Source: a virus (lineage: Duplodnaviria; Caudoviricetes). From it: a stretch of 37,031 nt of DNA. The DNA is taken from the IMG/VR virus record IMGVR_UViG_3300020043_000552, positions 1 through 37,031 of that record. One strand, given 5' to 3'. The notes beneath the pieces were generated by a model that worked only from the letters and a program-made list of their open reading frames with translations, had not been told where the DNA came from and ran no database searches. Shown here one piece after another: positions 9,287 to 16,180 of the stretch. A program made the position numbers and the translations under genes. Every line of letters begins with the position of its first letter. The stretch's first letter is position 1.

Positions 9287-10087
9287 CTAACCGACATTTT
9301 TAAAATGTGCTTCTATTTTATTGCATATATCAGCTAGTTTAGTGGGGTATTCATTACGCATTTGCAAGATACGGGGTCTTAAAGTTTTAATGTTTTCTTT
9401 AGCTTCTGCCACTTCTTGTTCATCTAAACTGTAAATCCAATGTTTGCCTAATTCGTTTTCTTGCATCCAAGGTAGGTGTTTAGTTAAGAAATATGGCATT
9501 GCACCGCATAAAGCAGCATCTACATTGATTGCCGACATTTCATCATAAGTAAAGAATATGTTTGTTGCTTGCAATAACCTAGCTAATTCTGACTTTTCAG
9601 ATGGCCATTGGCGTGTTATTTCTACGCAATTCATAAGCGGTTGACATTGTTGTCTTAAATGACCTTTGCCAACATAGAATGAATTGAACTTTTTAGGTGC
9701 TTCAATTGGTTTAAATTTGTCTAAATCACATATTGGATAAAACAAGGTATCGCAATTTTCTGCGTAAACCTTTGAAAAAGCTAATTTAAAGTCAGTTGGC
9801 TGCCATTTTATTTCAGGCCCATTAAAAAAATTTTCAGGAGCAAGCAAATACCTAACAATTTTTTTAGCATTTAAAGGGTTATCTCTACATCCTTCGGGAT
9901 AAATCACAATGGCTTCAGGATCGTGCCCTAATGGTGTATTCCAATCAAGATTTATTCTAAATGGTGGTTCATAAAGAAAAAGTGTGGCTTTATGCCCTAT
10001 TTCATTTAAAGCGTGGCACAAATAATGACTGTACCAATGCCCACCGCTTTTATCTGTATAAGCTGGTACTGCTACAGTAAATTTCAA
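9287..10087 (-). CDS. Glycosyltransferase-like protein (GT-B, GT4/WavQ-like)
   Basis: SGG...LCHALNEIGH, IVIYPE, RYLL, FFTYD...DAALCGA motifs; visibly AT-richer than neighbours. Confidence 0.6.
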   Translation of the reverse strand: MKFTVAVPAYTDKSGGHWYSHYLCHALNEIGHKATLFLYEPPFRINLDWNTPLGHDPEAIVIYPEGCRDNPLNAKKIVRYLLAPENFFNGPEIKWQPTDFKLAFSKVYAENCDTLFYPICDLDKFKPIEAPKKFNSFYVGKGHLRQQCQPLMNCVEITRQWPSEKSELARLLQATNIFFTYDEMSAINVDAALCGAMPYFLTKHLPWMQENELGKHWIYSLDEQEVAEAKENIKTLRPRILQMRNEYPTKLADICNKIEAHFKNVG

Positions 10088-10234
10088 TTACTTGACTTCT
10101 TTGTCCAAATCTTTAAGCTGATTGGCAATAACGGCTCTGCGCTCTAGGCGTAAGCGTTGTTGCTTTTCAAGGGTGGTCTCTTTGTGCGGCTGAAGCAAGC
10201 TGTTTTCAGGCTTAATCTTTTCTTTTTTAAACAT
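10088..10234 (-). CDS. Small hypothetical protein (48 aa)
   Basis: Hand translation MFKKEKIKPENSLLQPHKETTLEKQQRLRLERRAV...; fills the gap with stop/start coupling. Confidence 0.6.
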   Translation of the reverse strand: MFKKEKIKPENSLLQPHKETTLEKQQRLRLERRAVIANQLKDLDKEVK

Positions 10235-10425
10235 TATTCTTCTTCCCGTTTACCTAGAAAACGACCATAAGCTTCTTCAAGCTTGGCTTTGCGGCTACCT
10301 TTAGCGTTATCACGCTCAACATTGAGGGCAATAGCAGTAGCTTGTTTATCCTTGACGCCTTCTTTTTTAAGACGCTTGATGTTAACGCCTACTGACTTTT
10401 CTGAGCCTGATTTATCTAATGGCAT
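10234..10425 (-). CDS. Small basic phage protein
   Basis: MPLDKSGS...NIK...QATAIAL pattern common in small phage proteins. Confidence 0.65.
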   Translation of the reverse strand: MPLDKSGSEKSVGVNIKRLKKEGVKDKQATAIALNVERDNAKGSRKAKLEEAYGRFLGKREEE

Positions 10426-10427
10426 GA

Positions 10428-10787
10428 TTAACCTTTGAATTTAAGTAAATAGATGGTGGTGTCAATTTCTTGAGCAATATTGTCGATTAATTGAACAATT
10501 TCAGAATCCATAGGCAAATCTGCCCGTGCTTCTTTTACGAATCTTTGTAAAGATTGCATATATGCCAACGGTTCTTGCGGCATATGGTAAGTACTTGGAA
10601 ACTGGGTAATTTGACCGTAAATGCCAAAATAGGTTTCAGCTAGCTCGTCTGTAAGATCAATGATCTTTTCGTAAAAACCGCCTAAAGTTTTGTGTTTTGC
10701 GTAAGATTTGGTTGCCCAATGGAAAAAATGGGCGTTTGTACCTGAATGTAGCAAAGTTGCTAAGAACAACGCCATCGACTTTTCCAT
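10428..10787 (-). CDS. Ferritin/Dps-like four-helix protein (DUF5856-like)
   Basis: HFFHWATKSYAKHKTLG.FYE...DELAE.Y.G and terminal YLL. Confidence 0.7.
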   Translation of the reverse strand: MEKSMALFLATLLHSGTNAHFFHWATKSYAKHKTLGGFYEKIIDLTDELAETYFGIYGQITQFPSTYHMPQEPLAYMQSLQRFVKEARADLPMDSEIVQLIDNIAQEIDTTIYLLKFKG

Positions 10788-10795
10788 ATAAATCC

Positions 10796-11173
10796 TTATG
10801 TTATAGGTGCATTTTCATCCATTTTATCAAGAATATCAATCATTACAAGTACACCGCCACCTTTTTTTATTTCACCACGCTCAATGTGTAAAACATCAAT
10901 TTGTTCGTCATCATCAAATACGCCAGCGTCAGCTAGTGCATCCCATAAAGCTTTAATTCTGTTGTCAATGTCTTGCCGTCTGCGGTCACGAGGATAGATC
11001 ACCACCTTCATTTCCAGCCGTTCAGAACCTAACTTTGGTACTCGATACTCCGCAACATAGTCAGACACTTGTTCTTTAAACTGCCGCCCAGCTTTAGAAA
11101 TGCCCATGCGACCACGAAATATGGTTCTGTAGCTGTTAACAGATGGCGGCAATGGTAAGTTAAGGACTAGCAT
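10796..11173 (-). CDS. rusA: RusA-family Holliday junction resolvase
   Basis: LPLPPSVN, DIDNRIKALWDAL, FDDDEQI. Confidence 0.9.
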   Translation of the reverse strand: MLVLNLPLPPSVNSYRTIFRGRMGISKAGRQFKEQVSDYVAEYRVPKLGSERLEMKVVIYPRDRRRQDIDNRIKALWDALADAGVFDDDEQIDVLHIERGEIKKGGGVLVMIDILDKMDENAPIT

Positions 11174-11441
11174 TTAGTAACGCTTGCGTTTGTTCAAGGA
11201 GTTCTTCTTCCGTGACAGAATACTCTCGCTCAAAGCGTTTTCGGCCCATTCCGTGAATACTGGTATTTGATCCTCTATGGTGATAGGGGCATAACGGTAT
11301 AACAGGCGACACGCTTCTAGGCATAGTTCGTCTAATGTGATGCAGTTCTGCTGGCGTTCCTTCATTGCCTTGATGCCTACATAATGAGCACCCCAGTTCA
11401 GCAATTCGTCTGAAAATCTCTTTCTCATGCTTGGTTGGCAT
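11160..11441 (-). CDS. Ref/DUF968-like HNH-type zinc nuclease
   Basis: GCSLC...AELHH...IPLCPYHH...IH. Confidence 0.7.
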   Translation of the reverse strand: MPTKHEKEIFRRIAELGCSLCRHQGNEGTPAELHHIRRTMPRSVSPVIPLCPYHHRGSNTSIHGMGRKRFEREYSVTEEELLEQTQALLNASP

Positions 11442-11592
11442 TATCTACGCTGGCTTGCTCTAGTTTTTCTGCTGATTCAGCAATATCTACGCTGATCTCC
11501 ATCATTAGTACGGCATCGTTTTTAGCCAATGCTACTTCGTACATTTTAACAAGTGCTTTAAGGATTAGCAGTTCTTCGGATATTGAGATCAT
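11425..11592 (-). CDS. Small hypothetical protein (55 aa)
   Basis: Hand translation MISISEELLILKALVKMYEVAL...; ATGA overlap with the upstream gene. Confidence 0.55.
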   Translation of the reverse strand: MISISEELLILKALVKMYEVALAKNDAVLMMEISVDIAESAEKLEQASVDNANQA

Positions 11593-11918
11593 CGTGTCAT
11601 CTTTTCTAGGTTACGGTTACTGGCTTGTTCTGTACGCCACGCATCAAAACGCATGGTAGCACTTGTAATCTGCCACTTTAGCAGTTCTGCATCTTCAGTA
11701 GCTTTGCCAATAGCTACACAAAGGTCTTGATACTCTTGGCTGGCGTAGGCTTCACGCTCTTGTGCGCCAAGACTTTGTTCGCTTGATTGCTTCATTTTGA
11801 TGCTTTTTAAACTGTTTTTGTATGCTTCTAGCTGGGCCAATTGCCCTTTAGCTTTAGCGTATTCAGGTGCGTTTTTATAAATAAAATTTATTGCATCGTG
11901 TGGATCAAATTCGGTCAT
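11589..11918 (-). CDS. Conserved helical phage protein
   Basis: 109 aa, AQEREAYAS...WRTEQAS; ATGA coupling. Confidence 0.7.
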   Translation of the reverse strand: MTEFDPHDAINFIYKNAPEYAKAKGQLAQLEAYKNSLKSIKMKQSSEQSLGAQEREAYASQEYQDLCVAIGKATEDAELLKWQITSATMRFDAWRTEQASNRNLEKMTR

Positions 11919-12064
11919 TTTCCTAGCCTTTTCTTTATCAGCATCTTCATCTTTTCTTCGGTATCAGGGTTTTGTTTAAGCAAGCGTACTACCTCATCCC
12001 AGCCACGCCTTTTGGCTACACCTATGTACCAATCGGTTAAATAGCGGTCAGAGTTGTTCTTCAA
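11915..12064 (-). CDS. Small hypothetical protein (49 aa)
   Basis: TTG start; MKNNSDRYLTDWYIGVAKRRGWDEVVRLL...; its TGA overlaps the next ATG. Confidence 0.5.
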   Translation of the reverse strand: MKNNSDRYLTDWYIGVAKRRGWDEVVRLLKQNPDTEEKMKMLIKKRLGK

Positions 12065-12431
12065 GTTGCTTTATCCGTTGACTAATTCTTGCTCGCCATT
12101 GTTGCCAACCTTCACCTGCATAAGCCTGACAACCAACTTCCTGTGCTTTTTTAACAGTTAATTCTTCGCTGGAATACCACGGCAATTCAGGCTTTTTCAG
12201 CTTTTTAACTTCCATGTCCAGTTCATCTTCCCAGCGGCCTTGATTAAGCCAAGTGGCAGGATGTGGAATAAAGTCTTTTTCAGTCTGCTTTAGCTTCCAG
12301 TATTCCAAATGATTAGGCAACGCATCGTAAGCGTCTTGCTGTTCTTGGCTACTTAGGCGTTGCCATGACTTTTCTGCCGCCCTACGGCCTTGTTTACGAG
12401 GATATAACGCATAAAAATCAGAGAAGTTCAT
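12048..12431 (-). CDS. Replisome-organizer/initiator C-terminal-domain-like protein (no N-terminal HTH)
   Basis: F..FYALYPRK..R..A.K.W and FIPHPATWLNQGRWEDE motifs, characteristic of the C-terminal domain of phage replication proteins. Confidence 0.65.
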   Translation of the reverse strand: MNFSDFYALYPRKQGRRAAEKSWQRLSSQEQQDAYDALPNHLEYWKLKQTEKDFIPHPATWLNQGRWEDELDMEVKKLKKPELPWYSSEELTVKKAQEVGCQAYAGEGWQQWRARISQRIKQLEEQL

Positions 12432-12582
12432 TTACCTGCTTCCGTAAGGCTTTGCATTCTTCTTCAAGTGCTTTGTATTGCTCAAGCAGTTGATAGTATT
12501 GCTTTTGATACCAATCACAATTAAATGTAAGTGATCCGTCTTTTTCTACAACAATACGATCTTCGGTAGTAAATGTAATCAT
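12418..12582 (-). CDS. Small coiled-coil protein (54 aa)
   Basis: Hand translation MITFTTEDRIVVEKDG...; ATGA overlap with 12579..12878. Confidence 0.55.
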   Translation of the reverse strand: MITFTTEDRIVVEKDGSLTFNCDWYQKQYYQLLEQYKALEEECKALRKQVNELL

Positions 12583-12878
12583 TGCAATACCCTAGGTGAT
12601 GGTGGGCTTGGTGGTGTCATTGGAACTGTATAACTAGGAGTTCCAATAGCATAACCTGATGGGGAGGTAAGCTGGGTTGGCTGTACGGTCAACGGTGTGC
12701 CAACAGTATTGCCATTAGCGTTTAAAACATTAACTGTATTGCCGTTTTGCTGAATGTAGCCAGTAACCTGACCTTGTGCGTTTTGTACGCTGTAGGTTTG
12801 GGCTTTTGCAGGTACACCGTATGCAAGCATTGCACCGAGTACTGCCCCTAACAAACAAGCACCTAAAAAATCTTTCAT
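12579..12878 (-). CDS. Secreted/periplasmic protein with signal peptide
   Basis: Hydrophobic N-terminus ending AKA; beta-hairpin-like body; Pro-rich tail; RBS AAGGA. Confidence 0.7.
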   Translation of the reverse strand: MKDFLGACLLGAVLGAMLAYGVPAKAQTYSVQNAQGQVTGYIQQNGNTVNVLNANGNTVGTPLTVQPTQLTSPSGYAIGTPSYTVPMTPPSPPSPRVLQ

Positions 12879-12948
12879 ATCTATTCCTTTTCTGTTTCAC
12901 TCGTTATTGAGTAATACCAGTATAGTTTAGTTTTCTAAACTGTGTCAA
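12876..12948 (-). promoter_or_regulatory. Sigma70 promoter + operator + leader cassette (copy 1)
   Basis: TTGACA (12948-12943)-N18-TATACT (12924-12919); palindrome GTTTAG-AAAA-CTAAAC in the spacer; leader repeated at 16215-16252. Confidence 0.8.
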
Positions 12949-12954
12949 CTATTT

Positions 12955-13296
12955 TTATATTAAATTTGTAATGTTGTTTTTTTTCGACAAATTGTCTTTT
13001 GCCCACATTGGCCGCAAGTTGGTAAAGTAATTTAACTTGTAGTTATCTTCTAGGGTTTGTGCGGATGCCATCGGGATTATGTGGTCTATGTGCCACAATT
13101 TGCGGTTTTCCCAACTCATGCCAGCCAAAAACTGTTTTTCTATGTGATTTAAAAATTCTTGGTGTGTGCAACCAAGCGTTTGATAGATTTTTGTTGTTTT
13201 TTTGTAATTGTGTTTTTCAGCGTAACTTACATATTGCTTAATGTTACGACCATGAATTCGTATTGGATTCCACCAGTTACAAGTAGTATTTAACAT
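12955..13296 (-). CDS. Small free-standing HNH endonuclease
   Basis: LGC...F..HIEKQF..GMSWEN..LWHIDHIIP...NYFTNLRPMWAKDNLSK; AT-rich. Confidence 0.75.
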   Translation of the reverse strand: MLNTTCNWWNPIRIHGRNIKQYVSYAEKHNYKKTTKIYQTLGCTHQEFLNHIEKQFLAGMSWENRKLWHIDHIIPMASAQTLEDNYKLNYFTNLRPMWAKDNLSKKNNITNLI

Positions 13297-13311
13297 ATAA
13301 GGTTTTAGTTT

Positions 13312-13645
13312 GCTCTTTCGGTGAACGAACCTAGCCTCCTAGATTCGCCTTAATCTGCTCCATCGGAGTTACAGAACCCGCCAGTCGTTCGTGGAGTAGG
13401 CACTAGCTTCGCCACCTACTTTTGTGCTGTTACATCCACTATCCCACAGTAGCACTTGTATCTTAATCGCTGTTGTTTTTAGCCGACCAATTAAGACCAA
13501 GCAGAAATAGAAAAACCCTTTGGGGTTGCTCTAAGGTGACATCGCTTAATAATTGGGTCGGTAGTCAATTAGTAAACGCTCAGAACAACCCGAAAGGGTC
13601 TTATTTACCAACCTGTATCCGCAGATGTCACTCCACTTACAGGTA
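13312..13645 (-). ncRNA. Large structured non-coding element (ncRNA or ssDNA origin), unassigned
   Basis: 22-position stem 13514-13535/13579-13600 with three G-U pairs on the minus strand, inner 12-bp stem, two putative pseudoknots and at least 4 further hairpins; no ORF. Confidence 0.7.
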
Positions 13646-13657
13646 GTGTACTACAAA

Positions 13658-13897
13658 TTATTCCAGTTCAGGCCAAATAAATTTATAGCTGTTTGGAAAA
13701 AGCGATTTACGGCTAACTAAACCATGTGATTGCTTTTCTAATTCTGCCGCCAAACGGATCATTTGCCCTTCAGGTATGTCGCTTGTACGCCAATGCGTAA
13801 CTGCCGCTTGGGTAACTTTAGCCATTTTTGCAACTTTCTTTGTTCCGCCTAGCAGATCAATAAGCTGGTCATGTGATAGGGTAAAAGTATCTTTCAT
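13658..13897 (-). CDS. Cro-like HTH repressor
   Basis: IDLLGGTKKVAKMAKVTQAAVTHWR..IP...IWPEL; 79 aa. Confidence 0.85.
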   Translation of the reverse strand: MKDTFTLSHDQLIDLLGGTKKVAKMAKVTQAAVTHWRTSDIPEGQMIRLAAELEKQSHGLVSRKSLFPNSYKFIWPELE

Positions 13898-13903
13898 ACA
13901 ACA

Positions 13904-13932
13904 ATCTTAACCGTTTTAAATATATTTTACAA
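13904..13932 (-). promoter_or_regulatory. Leftward promoter for cro, probably leaderless
   Basis: TTGTAA-N17-TAAGAT, 6 nt before the cro ATG; no SD. Confidence 0.55.
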
Positions 13933-13937
13933 GGGTG

Positions 13938-13970
13938 TTGACAATCTAATTTAGATAACTTAATATCTAA
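13938..13970 (+). promoter_or_regulatory. Rightward early promoter with operator
   Basis: TTGACA (13938)-N17-TAATAT (13961); TTTAG-ATAA-CTTAA at 13950-13963 overlaps the spacer and -10. Confidence 0.75.
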
Positions 13971-14004
13971 GTACGGTATGTGCCGTGTAAATAGGAGAAC
14001 TCAT

Positions 14005-14223
14005 ATGAGTGATATAGATAACCAGCAACAATGGGCAGACCAAGTTCAGCAAGAACGAGAACTGGAAGAAGCCTTTAAAGACATCGAGGATGGAATATTC
14101 CTAACCGAGCGTCAAATAGACCTACTTCGTTACGCTTGTGGGTTACCTAAGAAACCAGCACCACATCCAGCACTCAAATCTTTGTTTGAGCAATTTGGTA
14201 CAACTTTTGGAGCAACAAAATGA
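14005..14223 (+). CDS. Early hypothetical protein
   Basis: AGGAG RBS before ATG 14005 (MSDIDN...). Confidence 0.7.
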   Translation: MSDIDNQQQWADQVQQERELEEAFKDIEDGIFLTERQIDLLRYACGLPKKPAPHPALKSLFEQFGTTFGATK

Positions 14224-14834
14224 TTATTTCAGATAGCAGCAAAGAATTTAAGATAGCCCCAGCAGGGCTACACATGGCTCGTTTGTACAGCATTATTGAC
14301 TTGGGACACCAAGCTACCGAATGGGCTGGCGAAACCAAAATCATGCACAAAGTAGTATTTACTTGGGAATTGCATGGTGATGATGACATGGGTCTGCCGC
14401 TTAAAACCGATGACGGAAAGCCATTGATCGTATCTAAACGCTATACGGTGTCATTGGGCGATCAGGCTAGGTTGCGTCAAGACCTTGAAAGCTGGTCTAA
14501 CAAAAAAATGACTGCGGAAGATCGTAAGAACTTTGACCTTAAAAATTTGTTAGGCAAGTTCTGCATGGTCAATATTACGCATAGTGAAGATGGCAAATAC
14601 GCCAACATTAGCGGCATTAGCCCTGTTCCTAGCGCATTGCGTAACGCCCAGCCTGAAGGCATCAACCCTGTAAACCATTTTTGGTTGGCTGAGTTTGACC
14701 AAGCTAAATACGATGCATTACCTAAGTATTACAAAGAAAAAATTACGGAAAGTAGCGAATGGCGTGGTCAGAAACAACGGGAAGCAGATGCGCCAAAGAT
14801 TGAAGATGACACACTTAACGACATTCCATTTTAA
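14220..14834 (+). CDS. Phage ssDNA-binding-like protein
   Basis: OB-fold-like pattern (APAGLHMARLYSIIDLG, LLGKFCMVNITH, YANISGI); acidic C-terminal NDIPF tail typical of SSBs. Confidence 0.65.
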   Translation: MIISDSSKEFKIAPAGLHMARLYSIIDLGHQATEWAGETKIMHKVVFTWELHGDDDMGLPLKTDDGKPLIVSKRYTVSLGDQARLRQDLESWSNKKMTAEDRKNFDLKNLLGKFCMVNITHSEDGKYANISGISPVPSALRNAQPEGINPVNHFWLAEFDQAKYDALPKYYKEKITESSEWRGQKQREADAPKIEDDTLNDIPF

Positions 14835-14844
14835 GGATAAAACC

Positions 14845-14976
14845 ATGAAAAAAGCACTAGCAACTATCGTATTACTTTTAGCCGTAGGTCAAGCCGTAGC
14901 ATCATGCCCACAATATGCCCCGTACCGTTGTGTATCAGGTTATAACGGCAAAATGATTTGCGGATGTGGCGTATGA
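14845..14976 (+). CDS. Small secreted Cys-rich peptide (43 aa)
   Basis: RBS AAGGA; MKKALATIVLLLAVGQAVA signal followed by SCPQYAPYRCVSGYNGKMICGCGV. Confidence 0.7.
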   Translation: MKKALATIVLLLAVGQAVASCPQYAPYRCVSGYNGKMICGCGV

Positions 14977-15233
14977 AAGCATTTCCTAGCCCAACATTAG
15001 AAATTACTATGCAAGGCGATGTTAAAGGCTATCAGCGTGGAAATGAAGGCATGGATTTGCGTGATTATTTTGCGTCTAAAGCTATGGTGGCAATTTTGGC
15101 TGAAGAAATGAGAACTTATAAAGCACTTGAATTTACTGACAATGGTGAGGAAATGCCATCTACAGATTTAAAATGGATTGCTCATCGCTCTTATTACATG
15201 GCTGATGCAATGCTTGAATCGAGAAAACTATGA
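14973..15233 (+). CDS. Conserved phage protein (GMDLRDYFA family)
   Basis: AFP...GMDLRDYFA.KAM...Y.MADAML; ATGA coupling. Confidence 0.75.
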   Translation: MKAFPSPTLEITMQGDVKGYQRGNEGMDLRDYFASKAMVAILAEEMRTYKALEFTDNGEEMPSTDLKWIAHRSYYMADAMLESRKL

Positions 15234-15994
15234 TTGTTAAAGAAAAAATGGCTGAATCAGGCCATTGGTATTCCAAAGACGGTGAACCAGCTTACACGGT
15301 AGAAGGTAAAACAGGGATTCGTAATACAACCCTGCGTGATGCCCGTAAGCTGGGTTTACTGCCTTCGGTTACAACCATTATTGGGCAAATGTCCAAAGCT
15401 GGTTTAGATAATTGGAAGCAACAACAGGTTTTATTGTCTGCTTTGACATTACCTAGAATTGCCACAGAATCTGAGCAGGAGTGGTTAACTAGGGTAATGA
15501 AGGACAGCCGTGAAACAGGTCGTCAAGCCGCTGATCGAGGTACGGCAATACATGGAATCATTCAATCGTTTTATGAGGGCGTATTGGCTGATTACCCACC
15601 GTATGTGCGTAAGGTTGAAAAAGACATTAACGATTATTTTGGAAGCCAGCTATGGGTTTCTGAGCGATCTTTTGCCCATGATGATGGCTTTGGTGGCAAA
15701 GTTGACTTATCTAGCCGTAGTGACGCTGTACGGGGCTGGGATGGGGCAGTTATTGACTTTAAAACCAAAGAAACCGCATTAGACAAGGTAGATGTGTATT
15801 TTGAACACCAAATGCAACTTGCAGCCTACCGTCAGGGTCTTGGAATGCCACACGCCCGTTGTGCCATTGTGTTTGTAAACGGCACGACTAACGAAACCAA
15901 GTTGATAGAAGTTGAGGAAGAAGAACTCCAAAAGGGTTGGGAATGCTACTGGCATTTACTTAAACTCTATCAAATCAAAAACGATTTAAAATAA
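15230..15994 (+). CDS. PD-(D/E)XK exonuclease
   Basis: LPSVTTII, RGTAIH, GKVDL...IDFKT, QLAAY. Confidence 0.85.
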   Translation: MIVKEKMAESGHWYSKDGEPAYTVEGKTGIRNTTLRDARKLGLLPSVTTIIGQMSKAGLDNWKQQQVLLSALTLPRIATESEQEWLTRVMKDSRETGRQAADRGTAIHGIIQSFYEGVLADYPPYVRKVEKDINDYFGSQLWVSERSFAHDDGFGGKVDLSSRSDAVRGWDGAVIDFKTKETALDKVDVYFEHQMQLAAYRQGLGMPHARCAIVFVNGTTNETKLIEVEEEELQKGWECYWHLLKLYQIKNDLK

Positions 15995-15998
15995 GACA

Positions 15999-16050
15999 TG
16001 GGCGGCAGGAGTAGACAAAATCTATGCTCCTTCACGGGACTGCCGACCCA
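15999..16050 (+). ncRNA. Branched hairpin downstream of the exonuclease
   Basis: TGGG/CCCA, CGGCAG/CTGCCG, GAG-TAGA/TCTA..CTC pairings. Confidence 0.45.
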
Positions 16051-16057
16051 CCACTTT

Positions 16058-16147
16058 TAGGGCGTTAAGCCGCCATAGTAGGATGCAGTAATTGGGTAAT
16101 TTTGCGGCTTTCTGACCCATTGCTAATAACTGCCAAATACTGCCCTA
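16058..16147 (+). ncRNA. Pseudoknotted small RNA candidate
   Basis: Nested stems TAGGGC/GCCCTA, AGTA/TACT, GCAGT/ACTGC, TGGGT/ACCCA, plus 7-bp bulge-loop pairing AAGCCGC/GCGGCTT. Confidence 0.6.
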
Positions 16148-16155
16148 TTCTTTAT

Positions 16156-16170
16156 TAGGGAAAATCCCTA
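16156..16170. promoter_or_regulatory. Palindrome TAGGG-AAAAT-CCCTA upstream of -35
   Basis: Inverted repeat 10 nt upstream of TTGACT; candidate transcription-factor site. Confidence 0.5.
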
Positions 16171-16180
16171 TAAATATTTC

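Noticed and set aside
12955-13296. HNH as the collaborative-homing partner of the capsid intron
   Set aside because: It lies about 13 kb or more away even on the circular map; collaborative homing needs close linkage
15999-16147. tRNA gene
   Set aside because: No TTCRA T-loop or cloverleaf spacing
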